This document shows positions 1 to 13,724 of a DNA stretch of 64,000 nucleotides, in pieces. Source of the DNA: Octopus vulgaris (lineage: Eukaryota); contig OX597836.1 in assembly GCA_951406725.2 (NCBI GenBank), positions 17,236,001 to 17,300,000 on the forward strand, written 5' to 3'. How positions within the stretch are numbered: the first letter of the stretch is position 1; each line of letters opens with the position of its first letter. The translations under genes were made by a program, and so were the position numbers. The notes under the pieces are model-generated. The model saw nothing but the letters and a program-made list of their open reading frames with translations, ran no database searches and was not told the origin of the DNA.

Positions 1-525
1 CTACAGGGCATTCTATTCCAACCTCCTTCAGCCATTTGTCCATATTTTTGCTTACTGTTCCCAAGGCACCAATTATTATAGGCGAGACCTTTACTGTTTT
101 CATGCTCCAAATTCTATCCTATTTCAAAATTTAAGGGACAGTATTTATTTTTTTGCCGTTTATCCTCTTCCTTTACGATCCTGGCATCAATCGGGCATGA
201 TGGGTCGATAGAGAAGCAACTTTGCTTTTCCTTATCTATAACTGTTATAGCCTAATATTTTCTAACTTCTTGCCTGTTTGAATAGAAAAGTCCCACAATT
301 TTTTTACATTTCTCCGACTTCAGTATTCTTTCGACTCGATGCTTGTAACACGTGTTTCCAGCATCAAATTCCCATTTCTGGCACAGTTTCCAGGGCAAAA
401 CTTTTACAACCTGGTCGTGCCTCAATTTCTTATATTCATCCTGTGCTAACTTGGGGCGTTCTGCCACCATGTGTGCCACAGTCTCGTTCCAAGTTCCACA
501 ACCCCTACATTTTTCTGACATATTC
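1..525 (-). mobile_element. Degenerate 3' coding end of an R4/Dong-like non-LTR retrotransposon (CCHC knuckle plus restriction-like endonuclease)
   Basis: ORF 252-569(-) gives CRGCGTWNETVAHMVAERPKLAQDEYKKLRHDQV. Shifted frames continue WDFSIQT..., DPSCPID..., PIIIGALGTV, typical of RLE-class LINE C-termini. Frameshifted. Confidence 0.8.
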
Positions 526-1022
526 TCTCCATATATATATCTATATACGTTTATATATTTGTTTTGCAAGATTCTTGATGTGAAATCTTGTGTTGAAACA
601 GATGTTGTATTTAGGGATGGTCATTTTGCCAGTTTAGCCAATAAAAACACACGCACTATATATTTGGTGTTAATTTGACCATTCCTAAATACAACAACAT
701 ATATATATATATATTAAAAAATTATATGGTTAATGGACAATATGTCCAATTTTTCGGCATATTTGGCATTAGAACTTTTTTCCTTTGCCCTCATTTATGA
801 ATTGTATATATATATATATATATATGTTACAAATTATTTTGTAATTATATACATAATTATAACAAGGGGTAAGCTTAATGCATCACCACGCGCTGCTAGA
901 AATAGACATTAAAGTCTTTTTTACTACCTTAAAATATATATATATATATTTTTTTTTTCTCAAGTTGTTTGTTTTTATCGTTTGATCTTAGGCTGCTACA
1001 ATAAGGCTCTCTGTTTCTTTTC

Positions 1023-1183
<161 letters not shown>

Positions 1184-1206
1184 CATCATCATCATCATCA
1201 TCATCA

Positions 1207-1266
<60 letters not shown>

Positions 1267-1970
1267 CGTGCGGTGAAGGGAATGATTCTGTAGTAAATTG
1301 GAAAAAGAGAAAGACATTGCCACAGGGGTAAACGTGGGATTATATCAGTTGATATTTCCTTTTCTATTTGTATAAAAAAAAACAGGTCTCTAGGCTGAAT
1401 GAGATGATTTCTCTATAAAATGCAGTCAGCTAGACAAACCTTCATCATAATACTGAGATGACTCTGTGAAATATTGTTTGTTTATTAGCAAGCAAATAGA
1501 AAACAACTTTATTTTCCGCCCACACTCTTAATTAAGATTTGTTCGATTTTTATAATTAAAGAAACTTTTTCCTAGTTATTAGTCTAATATTTTGAAAATG
1601 TTGGCGAAGGAAGGAAAACACAAAGATAATTTATGGCCACTTTAGTTCATGAATATTCATAAGCGTTTGCTTTGCTTCATGAATATTTAAATGCGACCAT
1701 GCTTTAAGACAGTGATTTCGTTTGTCACTTGACTTCTGACAATTCTCCCGACCCCGAACTACGAGTTGCATGTGAGTGTGCGTGTGTATGTATGTGTGTG
1801 TACGTGTGTGTATGTGCATGTGTGTGCATATTCGTTTTTCTTTTTATTCTTTTACTTGTTTCAGTCATTTGACTGCGGCTATGCTTGAAAAAAAAAAATG
1901 GAACGGTTCGTTAATTTGCGCAGGGCCCATCCTTGCGCAGGGCCCATATATTGTATACGCTGCATTTTGC

Positions 1971-2004
<34 letters not shown>

Positions 2005-2205
2005 CTTCTTCTTCTTCTTCTTCTTCTTCTTCTTCTTCTTCTTCTTCTTCTTCTTCTTCTTCTTCTTCTTCTTCTTCTCCTCCTCCTCCTTTTCCTCCTC
2101 CCCTCCTCCCCCTCCCCTCCTTCTTCTTCTTCTTCTTCTTCTTCTTCTTCTTCTTCTTCTTCTTCTTCTTCTTCTTCTTCTTCTTCTTCTTCTTCTTCTT
2201 CTTCT

Positions 2206-2458
2206 AACCGAACGACCTGCACAAATGATTCGTTTATAGTGATCAGATGTTCGTGCCGCACCTTATCTCACTCCCTCCATCAAATCGACGTTGCCTCAAC
2301 AGGCGCACCATGCACCACACGTCAGGTGTCCAAGTGATCGCAGAGCAACGGGAAATTAAGTGTTTTGCTCAAGAACACAACGCACCACCTGGTCTAGAAA
2401 TTGAAATCACGATCTACCGATCGTGAGTGCAACACCCTAACCACTAGGCCATGCGATC
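2206..2458 (-). mobile_element. tRNA-derived SINE with CORE-like body and (GAA)n tail
   Basis: Minus strand has A box TGGCCTAGTGG, a B-box-like ATTTCAATTTC and TTCTTGAGCAAAACACTT, and ends in the (GAA)n tract. Confidence 0.65.
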
Positions 2459-2463
2459 TCACA

Positions 2464-2528
<65 letters not shown>

Positions 2529-2548
2529 ATAATAATAATAATAATAAT

Positions 2549-2714
2549 AGGCGCAGGAGTGGCTGTGTGGTAAGTAGCTTGCTTACAAACCACATGGTTC
2601 CGGGTTCATTCCCACTGTGTGCCACATTGGGCAAGTGTCTTCTACTATAGACTCTGGCCGACCAAAGTCTTGAGAGTGGATTTGATAGACGGAAACTGAA
2701 AGAAGCCCGTCGTA

Positions 2715-2761
<47 letters not shown>

Positions 2762-2995
2762 GTGTGTGTGTGTGTGTGTGTATTTGTGTCTGTGTTTGTC
2801 CTCCACCCTACGTCGCTTGACAACCGATGCTGGTGTGTTTACGCCCCCGTAACTTAGCGGTTTGGCAAAAAGAAACCGATAGAATAACTACTAGGCTTCC
2901 AAAGAATAAGTCCTGGGGTCGATTTGCTCAACTAAAAGATGGTGCTCCGGCATGGCCGCAGTCAAATGACTGAAACAAGTAAAAGAGTAAAAGAG
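2549..2995 (+). mobile_element. tRNA-derived SINE, family A (full length)
   Basis: Head GGCGCAGGAGTGGCTGTGTGG...GGTTCATTCCC (A/B boxes), internal (TA)n(TG)n tract, tail ...CATGGCCGCAGTCAAATGACTGAAACAAGTAAAAGAG. Many copies in the window. Confidence 0.9.
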
Positions 2996-3052
2996 GCCAG
3001 TTACGACAGTTATTGTCTTCAGGTAATATTTCTTATCGATGTGTTGAAATAT

Positions 3053-3102
<50 letters not shown>

Positions 3103-3389
3103 TTTCGTCCCAGCAGCGGGCAGCAAGAGCGTCACATGCATTTCGGCAATTTTGAGCTTCGTCAAAGGCGTGTACTTGCTGCTAGCGACGTATTTGGACG
3201 AGAATTCATTGTCTCTGGTGTATGAAAACGGGAATAACACATTCACTGATCTTTCGCATAGCCATCTGCGTGATTAACAAAGAGTTCGGCGCCCAGAGAG
3301 CTGGAAACGAATATGGCAAAATGCTTTATATGACGCTCTGCCGATCCATATAGTTCGCATTTAGTTTAATCAATCAATCAATCAATCAG

Positions 3390-3506
<117 letters not shown>

Positions 3507-3517
3507 ATATCTATCTA

Positions 3518-3567
<50 letters not shown>

Positions 3568-3674
3568 CGTCCCCCCGCAAACCCTCACATTGTGTGTGTA
3601 CGTTTGTGTGTGTATGTGTGTGTGTGTGTTTGTATGTGCATCTGTGTCTGTGTTTTTATGTGTGCGTGAGTATG

Positions 3675-3718
<44 letters not shown>

Positions 3719-3826
3719 TATATGTATATCTATCTATCTGTGTATATATAAATGTATATATATATATATACACGCATTTATATGCAAGTGTGCAAGTATA
3801 TGCTCATCTATACGTATGTGTGCACG

Positions 3827-3883
<57 letters not shown>

Positions 3884-3997
3884 CGCACACAGACACACGC
3901 ACACGCATATATATTTGCGTATGTATATATATAGGTCTATCTATCTTTCTCTCCACGTATGCAGATACAAACCGGAATATATTTATGTAGGCATATG

Positions 3998-4061
<64 letters not shown>

Positions 4062-4315
4062 GCATATTATCATACATACATGCGTACGTACACACATATA
4101 GAACCAGTAAAAGTTCGATAAGTTACATCCTCATTTAATATGACACATCCTGCCCATGTCAACGGGAACAAAGAGAGCTGAAAGCAAGGCGTACAGAAAA
4201 GCATGCATTTAGCGCCATTTGCAACGCTTATTATTATTACATTATAGATAAACCTCACCATAGAAAGCGCGGTAATTAACGCAGTGTGGCACTCTGACGT
4301 ATAAATGGGTTAAAT

Positions 4316-4363
<48 letters not shown>

Positions 4364-4386
4364 CACTATAATCCATTAATGCATCG

Positions 4387-4443
<57 letters not shown>

Positions 4444-4770
4444 TACATATACATATATATATATACATATATATATATATACATTTATATATATATATGT
4501 ATATATATATGTATGTGGATTTGAGATATCGTTTATCTCGTCCCGAATTGCGGCAGGAGGTCAGTATGCATCACCAGAGGAGTCGTAAAAGATGCAATGA
4601 ATAGACTTCGTAAATACGTGCGGTGTTTCACTACTCGTTGTCAATTGATGAGCTCTACGGCGTGAGAAAGCTTTTAACATCCATTTATGTAATAAAAAAA
4701 GAAAAACCAAAAAAAAAAACAAAAAAATAATAATAAACCTATTTTCCTGTCTGTCAGTCTCTCCTGTCAC

Positions 4771-4846
<76 letters not shown>

Positions 4847-4922
4847 TCGTTTTATAGCTCCATGTGACGCAAGATGCTGTCAAAGAAATATCTCACGGTT
4901 AAAAGCTTCTACGTTTCCCTGC

Positions 4923-4981
<59 letters not shown>

Positions 4982-4984
4982 TAA

Positions 4985-5167
4985 GTTAATCCAAACAAGA
5001 AAACTAAAACAAAAAAAAAACAACAACGCAAGGACGTGGAACAAATAAGGTATTATTGGACGCTCAGGAAAGAAGGGAAGAAGGAGGGTTTGACGTTCCG
5101 AGCGGAGCTCTTCGTCGGAAACATGGGAGAAGGAAAGATCCCGAGAAGGGAAGACAGGGGAAAAAAA
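4985..5167 (-). mobile_element. HHR-bearing short element, family D (Penelope-like/retrozyme-like), 5' truncated
   Basis: Homologous to 32239-32451. HHR-like motif at 5088-5122(-), with GAAA mutated to GGAA. The 3' end abuts (TA)n. Confidence 0.75.
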
Positions 5168-5583
5168 TATATCTGTGTGTGTGTGTGTGTGTGTGTTTGT
5201 GTATTATATATACATGTATATGTATGTATATATATATATATGTTGTTCTATATATATATGTATTAATCTGTATACCATATATACATATATTCATTTCCAA
5301 GTAAGTTTTATGTATGTATGTATGTATGTATGTATGTATGTATGTATGTATGTATGTTTGTATGTATGTATGCATGTATGTATGTATGTATGTATGTATG
5401 TATGTATGTATGTATGTATGCATGCATGCATGCATGTATGTATGTATGTATGTATGTATGTATGTATGTATGTATGTATGTATGTATGTATGTATGCATG
5501 CATGCATGTATGTATTCATGTATGTATGTATGTATGTATGTTTTATGTATGTATGTATGTATGTATGTATGTATGTATGTATG

Positions 5584-5690
<107 letters not shown>

Positions 5691-5703
5691 CTATCTATCC
5701 ATA

Positions 5704-5923
5704 CGAGGGTGTGTTGAAAAGTTCCTGGCCTTAAGGGTATTGCGAAAGGCCTGGTTTTGAAACCCAACCTTTCGAGCTCTTTTTACAGGGCTCAGAAAAA
5801 CCGAAGGACCGCCGCAACAAGTGCATAAACCTGAGAGGGGAACATGCTGAATAAAATCATAATTAATTGATCCTCCTGTATTTTCTTTTACCCAAAGCCA
5901 AGAACTTTTCAGTACCCCTCTCG
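5704..5923. mobile_element. Mariner-type MITE
   Basis: Imperfect TIRs CGAGGGTGTGTTGAAAAGTTCCTGGC / GCCAAGAACTTTTCAGTACCCCTCTCG flanked by TA. Second copy in opposite orientation at 41864-42079. Confidence 0.8.
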
Positions 5924-5944
5924 TATGTACACATACAGAACCAT

Positions 5945-6135
5945 ACGGGCGGTGCTAAGTTAGACGTAGTCTCGCCCAATACTAACCAAAACCTTTTCCA
6001 CGTTTAAAAATACAAACCATAAATTCGTCTTTCGTGTTTCTGAATTTATTAAATTTTTTTTTCTTTTCTTTCTTTTTTTTCTTGTTTCTTTCTATGTTTC
6101 AAGTTCGGAGCGGAACAGATCACGTGACCAGCTGC
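5945..6135 (+). promoter_or_regulatory. Possible promoter region of the DHHC gene
   Basis: GGGCGG box near 5947 and ATCACGTGAC E-box at 6119-6128, followed by a GC-richer CAG/CAA-repeat region resembling a 5' UTR. No transcript evidence. Confidence 0.25.
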
Positions 6136-7228
6136 GAAGATTTTTGTTTCACCTCCTTTGTAAATTTTTTTCTACTCTCTCCCTCCTTCTCTCTCTTACT
6201 ACATCTTTCTGTTACAAGCAAGAAATCTGCTGTGAAGAGGACGAGACATTTTTGTGTGGATACGTGCGCGAGGCACTAAAATCACACGACTACTCCGACA
6301 GAGATAAAACAACCATCCGGGTGTGCAAGCCGGGTGTACCAGCCGGGTGTACGAGCCTACCAGCCGACCAACCGACCAGCCAGCCAGCCAGCCAGATATT
6401 TAGTTCTCTTGCTTCGTCTCATTCGATCTTACGTCCTACACGATGGAATGTCGTGAACGTTACTGTAGTCGTAGACGTCGCTGAAGTTGTTGTTAGTAGC
6501 AGCGGCAGCCACAGCAGCAGCAATAGCGGTACCGCCACCACCACCAGCAATACAAACCAGCAGCAGCAACAGCTGTAGTACCAACACTAGAAATAACGAC
6601 AGCCGCAGCAACAAGAAGAACAAGATCAAGAGCAACAAGCAGCAGCAGCAGCAGCAGCAGCAGCAAGACAGCAACAACAATAACAATAAGATCAGAAATA
6701 GCAACAGTAACCGAAACAGCTGGAGAGTCAGTATCATCATCATCAACAGCAGCAACAACAACAACAGCAGAAACAGCAGCAGAAACAGCAGCAACAGTAA
6801 TAGAAGTAGTAGCAGCAGCAGTACCAGCAGCAGCAGAGACGGTATCATCATTAACATCAACAGCAGCAACACAGGCAGCAAAAAAAATAACTACAAAAAA
6901 ATACAAAAAAGCCAACACAAACAGCTGCAGCAGCGGTGGCGGCAGCAGCGTGAAGCATCAGAAGGAGGAACCCGAAGAAAACTGAGACAAAACATATTGA
7001 CAACAACAACAACAACACCACCACCACCACCAACAACAACAACAATAATATCAACATCAGCAACAACATAGAGAAAAGTCAATTACGTCCATTCAGAAAA
7101 CTGTGTTTTTCTTTTTTCTTTTTTTTTTTTTTCACCAGGTGAAACTTAGTCAACAGAGAGAGTATCTTGGTTTATAAATAACTATCGAGGGAGGTGTGAG
7201 CCTGAGTGTGTGAAGGTGTGTGTGTGAG

Positions 7229-7260
<32 letters not shown>

Positions 7261-7393
7261 CGTGAAGCATACGGCGAACTTATGATTGTGAGATATGAAA
7301 AGAAATATGTGTTATAGTAGATACTAATTGTGTTGAAAGACACACACACACACACATACACACACACACATCTCGTATTATAGTATAACATAT

Positions 7394-7435
<42 letters not shown>

Positions 7436-7529
7436 TCAATACATTAATTCTATTTACTCTAGTGTTACACAGACGCACGCACGCACCCACATAGGCATAC
7501 ATCCGTACATACATACATACATACATACA

Positions 7530-7560
<31 letters not shown>

Positions 7561-7969
7561 GTATATTCACACGCATCTATTTATAATCAAGGGCTAACGC
7601 AAAAACAACAGCGCATTACCATCGTCATCATCATCATCACTTCTACTACAAATACCGACGCCACCATCACCACCACCACATCACAACCACCACCACCATC
7701 ACTGGTACTACCAAGTAGGTTTATACTTACCTCTAACTAACTTGGTTTGTCATGGCTGGAACGCCTTTGGTGATAAGTATGCGGGATCAACGTTGACTCG
7801 GGGCTAAGCAACAACCACAAGCATAACTGCAACAATAACTTCATCAATAACCACAAATACCACATATATATATATATGGACAGAAATATATAAAAGTAAA
7901 TTAAAACAGATAATAAACACATACAACAAAATTAACAATAACCAGAACAACAACAACAACGGCAACAAA

Positions 7970-9169
7970 ATGATGAAACGCTTCATGCAGTTTTTGTTTC
8001 GTCAAAGAAAAGTTTCTCTCAGTTTCGTGAACTATGCTGGGATGTGTTACACTATAGTACTGTCAGCGGTGGCTGTTCTAGTAACCACCCTTATTTATAT
8101 TCCCTTTTTATATTCACATCATACCATCACATTCAGGGCACTCACACTATGGACATGGTTTATTTTCGGCAACCTTGCCGCCAATTATGTGCTAATGTTG
8201 TTGTCGTCGACGAAATCTGTATACCGTGGCATTAAAGTGACCAACCCCATGATGGCGTCGTCGTGTTCTTCACTGCCCATGTCATCCTCACCATCTCTGT
8301 CATCATCATCATCATCATTATCGTCATCGTCGTTATTGTCTTCGTCGTCATCATTGTCGCTGAACCGGGGTGAAGTAGTTCATACAAAAACCGACTGTGC
8401 AAGCAGCAGTTACTACCACTCAAACACAGCATCACTTTCGTGGCCAACATCAGCATCCGGGTCGGTGCTAGTTTCGGCGTTCGGGTCGACGGGACCGTCT
8501 CTTTCGAAGACAGGCTATCCGGTTCAACCGCAGCAGAGGCCAACACCAGCGCCAACACTAGCACCACCGCCGCCACAAGCATCGGCAAACTGGAAGTTCT
8601 GCTCGCTGTGTGACCACTACGCACCGCCACGTTCACGCCACTGTCCGTTTTGCCAGCGGTGTATCTTACGCCACGACCATCACTGTCTATTCACCGGCTG
8701 CTGTATAGGATTATACAACCAGCGCTACTTCATTGTTTTTTGTGTATACGGTTGGATTGGTTCGTTCAAGGCCGCATCTCTAACCCTTCTCTACCTCAGC
8801 TACGTGCGGGGATCGTCCCTCTATACTTATCTACCGCCAAACGCCTTCTTCAACCTGCTCTTCGGAGATCTGGACCTGAGTGTCTTCTGCATTGCACTGC
8901 TCCTCTATCTGCTTTTCACCACACATCTAGCCTGCACGTACTTTATGTGTTGGCAACTGCTGTTACTAGCACGGAAGCAGACCGCCAACGAGTACGTGAA
9001 AGGAATGGCGCCGTTGCAGAAATCGTTTCGGCACCACGTGAAATCTGTGTTCGGTCCTTACTGGTTGCTTAACTTCATCATTCCAATGTTCTGGACGAAT
9101 CCTTCATCTGGATATTCGGGTTCGAGTCTGTTGTTGGACGCTCCCTTCACGGATTTAAAACGGATTTAA
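7970..9169 (+). CDS. DHHC-type protein S-acyltransferase (palmitoyltransferase), ZDHHC22/ZDHHC24-like, 399 aa, uninterrupted ORF
   Basis: Cys-rich domain CSLCDHYAPPRSRHCPFCQRCILRHDHHCLFTGCCIGLYNQRYF. Two hydrophobic helices precede it and two follow. Has a TTxE-like QTANE motif and C-terminal FGPYWLLNFIIP. Subfamily assignment is tentative. Confidence 0.95.
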   Translation: MMKRFMQFLFRQRKVSLSFVNYAGMCYTIVLSAVAVLVTTLIYIPFLYSHHTITFRALTLWTWFIFGNLAANYVLMLLSSTKSVYRGIKVTNPMMASSCSSLPMSSSPSLSSSSSSLSSSSLLSSSSSLSLNRGEVVHTKTDCASSSYYHSNTASLSWPTSASGSVLVSAFGSTGPSLSKTGYPVQPQQRPTPAPTLAPPPPQASANWKFCSLCDHYAPPRSRHCPFCQRCILRHDHHCLFTGCCIGLYNQRYFIVFCVYGWIGSFKAASLTLLYLSYVRGSSLYTYLPPNAFFNLLFGDLDLSVFCIALLLYLLFTTHLACTYFMCWQLLLLARKQTANEYVKGMAPLQKSFRHHVKSVFGPYWLLNFIIPMFWTNPSSGYSGSSLLLDAPFTDLKRI

Positions 9170-9369
9170 ATAGAAAGAAAGAAAAAAACAAAGCGGAAAG
9201 GAAAGTATGAAATTAAAATTAATTAAAAAATAAAAAATAATTAAATAAAAAAGGCAACAACAAAAAAAAGAAAGAAAAAGAAAACGAAAAGATGATGGAA
9301 ACGTCTTTCAGTGTATATACTTCCTTTGTATTCACGAACAATAACTATAACAACAACAGCAGCAGCAGC

Positions 9370-9434
<65 letters not shown>

Positions 9435-9954
9435 CCACTGCCACCATAACAACAACTATAACATCAAGAATAACTACCACCACCACCACCACCACCACCA
9501 TCACGACCATAACAACAACTACGACAACAACACTAATAACAACAACAACAATAATCACAAGAACAACGCGAATATCAGCAACCACAACCACAACTACAGT
9601 ATTACAAACAACAACAACAACAAAAATAAAATATCAACAAATAACAAAATAATAACAATAACAAAAACAATTAAAACGTCATAACTTACAAAAACAAACA
9701 ACAACAACAATAACAACAACACGATTTGTAATAATGCTAACAACGATAATAATAATAATAATAATAATCGATATGAAGACAACAATGTGATATATAATAA
9801 TGAATAGTAACTGAGACAATAATGAAATAGTAATAACAATACTAATAAGACGATGATATAACAATAATATCCACAACATTAAGAACGATAACAACAACAA
9901 AATGAGTAATGCGTGTAAGTATGTGTGTTTGTGTGTGTGTGTGTGTCTCTCTCT

Positions 9955-10157
9955 CTCTTTTACTTGTTTCAGTCATTTGACTGCGGCCATGCTGGAGCAC
10001 CGCCTTTTAGTCGAGCAGCAAATCGACCCCGGGACTTATTCTTTTGTAAGCCCAGTACTTATTCTATCAGTCTCTTTTGCCGAACCGTTGAGTGACGGGG
10101 ACGTAAACACACCACCATCGGTTGTCAAGCGATGTTGGGGGGACAAACACAGACACA

Positions 10158-10217
<60 letters not shown>

Positions 10218-10389
10218 CATATATACGACAGGCTTCTTTCAGTTTCTGTCAGCCAAATCCACTAACAAGGCTTTGGTCGGCCCGAGGCTATAGCAGAAGA
10301 CACTTGCCCAAGGTGCCACGCAGCGGGACTGAACCCGGAACCATGTGGCTGGTAAGCAAGCTACTTACCACACAGCTACTCCTGCGCCT
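9955..10389 (-). mobile_element. SINE family A (full length)
   Basis: Reverse complement of 2549-2995, with an internal (CA)n/(TA)n tract. Confidence 0.9.
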
Positions 10390-10467
10390 ATGTTTGTGTA
10401 TACACTTAAGTATGATTAAGAATGTATATATGTAATTAAGTGCGTATATGCTATATATGTCGTCGTC

Positions 10468-10700
10468 GGAGGCACATGAGTGTGTGTTTATGAGCGAAAC
10501 ACCTAAGCTCCACGCTGCTCCGGCAGAAGGTAATGGCGAACCTCTGCTGACTCTTTCGCCACAAATTTCTCTCATTCTTTCCTCCTGCATCTTGCAGCTC
10601 ACCTGCGACGGACCGGCGTCCCGTCCAGGTGGGGAACCTATACGCCAAGGAAACCGGGAAACCGGCCCTTATGAGCCAGGTGCGGCTCGAGAAGGAAACA
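10468..10700 (+). mobile_element. SINE group C with deleted head and V-domain-like tail
   Basis: GAGCGAAACACCTAAGCTCCACG body shared with 50901-51281. Tail CCTGCGACGGACCGGCGTCCCGTCCAGG...GAAACCGGG is shared with 24802-25075(-). Confidence 0.7.
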
Positions 10701-10799
10701 TATATGTCATCGTCGGCTTTATCTCGTATCCAAGAATTGAGTTTCTTCGTTTGCTGATTGGTTCCTTTATGGTGATGGCATTGATGAGTCTGTGGACTA

Positions 10800-10927
10800 A
10801 TTCTTATACTATCAACCACTTTTGCCGAACCGCTACGTTACGGGGGCGTAAACACACCAGCACTGGTTGTCAAGCGGTGGTAGGGGACAGACAGACAGAC
10901 AGACAGACAGACACACAGACACACACA

Positions 10928-10975
<48 letters not shown>

Positions 10976-11105
10976 ACGGTTTTCTGTCAGTTTCTGTCGC
11001 AAGGTTTTGGTCCGCCGAGGCTAGAGTAGAAGACACTTACCCAAAGTACCGTGCAGTGGAACTGAACCCAGAACCATGTGCTTGGGAAGCAAGTTTCTTA
11101 CCACA
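10800..11105 (-). mobile_element. SINE family A, partial and diverged
   Basis: GCCGAACCGCTA...GTAGAAGACACTT...GAACCATGTG homology. Confidence 0.75.
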
Positions 11106-11309
11106 CTGTCTCTCTCGCTCTCACACACAAATACACACACACATACACACACACACACACAAGTATATGTACGCCGCAGTCCAATGACTGAAGCAAGTAA
11201 AATGATAAAAAGATAAGTAATCCATTATAATAAAGTGCTAACGAAAGATTCCTGTGATATAAAAATCGAGGACACAGTAGAAAGGGAAACAGTAAAAGTG
11301 TGTATGTGC

Positions 11310-11340
<31 letters not shown>

Positions 11341-11685
11341 TGAGAGAGAGAGATAGAGAGAGAAAGAGAGTGAGAGTGAGAGAGAGAGAACGACGAAACT
11401 GTTGCTAATAAGAAAATGATGAGAACTGTTGGTAAAGAAAGGTGCTAAAATATAAACGATGATGATGATAGGCAAAAATATTTTGCACAAGCCAGAATGA
11501 GAAAAGGCTAGAAGAGAAAAGATGACGAAAGAGGATAGACAAGATCTTCTAGAAATCAATCAAAGGGTTACGAAGGAAACGATCGTATATTATTTTTGAA
11601 GGGGAAGATGTTTGTGGTTGGTGGTGACCCACAAATTAGGCCATTGCTAGTTTTTTGTATTATAGTGCAAATAAATGAAAGTGAA

Positions 11686-12005
11686 AGCGCGTGGCCTAGT
11701 GGTTAGTGTATTCGACTCTCAATCGTAGGGCCATGAATTCGATTCTCGGCGGCACGTTGCATCCTTGAGCAAGACACTTTACTTCACCGTGCTCCCATCC
11801 ACTCACCTGGCAAAAATGAGTTGTACCTGTATTTTAAAGGGCCAGCCTCGTCACATTTTGTGTCAAGCTGAATCTCCCCGAGAACTGCTGTAAGAGTACG
11901 CGTGTTTCTGGAATACTCAGCCACTTTAATGTTAATTTCACGAGCAGGTTGTCCTGTTGATCGGATGAACTGGAGCACTCTTCGTCGTAACCGACGGAGA
12001 TCCAG
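11686..12005 (+). mobile_element. tRNA-derived SINE with CORE-like body and group-C tail
   Basis: A box TGGCCTAGTGG, B box ATTCGATTC, CCTTGAGCAAGACACTT. Tail ...CGTCGTAACCGACGGAG is shared with 50901-51281 and 55495-55745(-). Confidence 0.8.
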
Positions 12006-12299
12006 TAGCAGATATGACTCTGAGTATATCTCATTCTTCCGGAAATAATCTTCTGGGCGTATGTTGTGTGAGTCACACTGTATGTGATATGGCTGAACCC
12101 TGAAGAATTATTGGTATACCCATTCCTCGGGTGCGTGAACCGGTTTTTATTCATTCGATTTCGCTCACAAAAATTGGGTCGAACTACGGCTTTTGTGGGA
12201 AAAAGTCACCTCTTGGCCAATATGGCGATAGTCAATGGGATTTCATGATTAGGAACTTAGGAACAAATATCTTGACCATTCATCCATGCCTTCCACCTC

Positions 12300-12354
<55 letters not shown>

Positions 12355-12377
12355 GCGCGCGCGCACACACACACACG

Positions 12378-12410
<33 letters not shown>

Positions 12411-12598
12411 GCTCGCGCACACACACGTATGCACGCACAGACATACAATGATATTGGTAAAAGACTCCAACTTTGTAGTCTCCGCGTGTGACAGATTATA
12501 TCGACACCAGTATTTAACTGGTACTTTATATCGACCACTTCACGCCACGCCACGGAAGGCTGAAAGGCAAAGTGGACCTGACCAAAATTTGAACTAAC

Positions 12599-12664
<66 letters not shown>

Positions 12665-13656
12665 TGCACATACACACTCACACACAATATTGTGATACAA
12701 CCACATTGATATTTGCTTTGAAAAATCAAAACTGTCTGGATACCAAGGAGCTGTTAATTTGTGTTGTTATTAATTAACACTGTTAGCTAATTAATTAACC
12801 AATTTCTTTATTTGATCGATTGATTGATTTATCATAACCTATTGGTGATATTATTGATTATATTAAAATGGACGCCGTTGATCTCCCGCATGCGCCACTC
12901 TTTACATTATATTATTACCACCATCGTCGCTTCCGGCTCAAATTCGAGAAATGACCGTCTGGGATGAAATGGCCGCGATGGTGGCAGTAGCGATGAAACG
13001 ATGATGGATTGAGATGGGTTTGGTATCAACTGCTGCCATATTATCTCAGGAACATTTCTTGAAAAAACATAAAGTGAAACCGTTTGTCTTTAATGTTATA
13101 AATCCTTAAATCCTTAAAAATGTTTCAGCCCGAAGGCTGCGGCCATGCTGGGGCACCACCACCGCTGTTACGTTGTGATTTTGCTTTTTTTTTCTTCTTC
13201 AGTTTTCATCCCTTACCTGTCGTATTCTGCCACACCCATATTCCATCCCTATTGACTGATACCTCTTCCATTCCATCCTTGCCCTCCCAGCAGAAAAAAA
13301 AAAAACGACAATTATTACTCCTTGCACTGAAGAACTGAAAATGAGAAGAAAGAATTCAATATTTAAAATATTGAGAATTGATTCGTAAAAAAATATTAAA
13401 AAAATTTTATGACAATAAATTATTATTATTATTGTTGTTGCTGTTGTTGTTATTATTATTATTATTATTGTTGTTGTTGTTGTTATTGTTATTGCTGTTT
13501 TTGTTGTTATTGTTGTTGTTGTTATTGCTGTTGTTGTTATTGTTGTTGTTGTTGTTATTATTTTTGTTGTTATTGCTGTTGTTGTTATTGTTGTTGTTGT
13601 TGTTATTGTTGTTGTTGTTATTGTTATTGTTCTTGTTGTTATTGCTATTGTTCTTG

Positions 13657-13724
<68 letters not shown>

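Noticed and set aside
603-696. 21-bp inverted repeat
   Set aside because: Adjacent sequence resembles 31628-31710, so it is probably part of a decayed MITE; no further support.
6144-7071. Gln/Asn/Ser-rich ORFs upstream of the DHHC gene
   Set aside because: CAG/CAA repeats with non-ATG starts; more likely UTR or non-coding.
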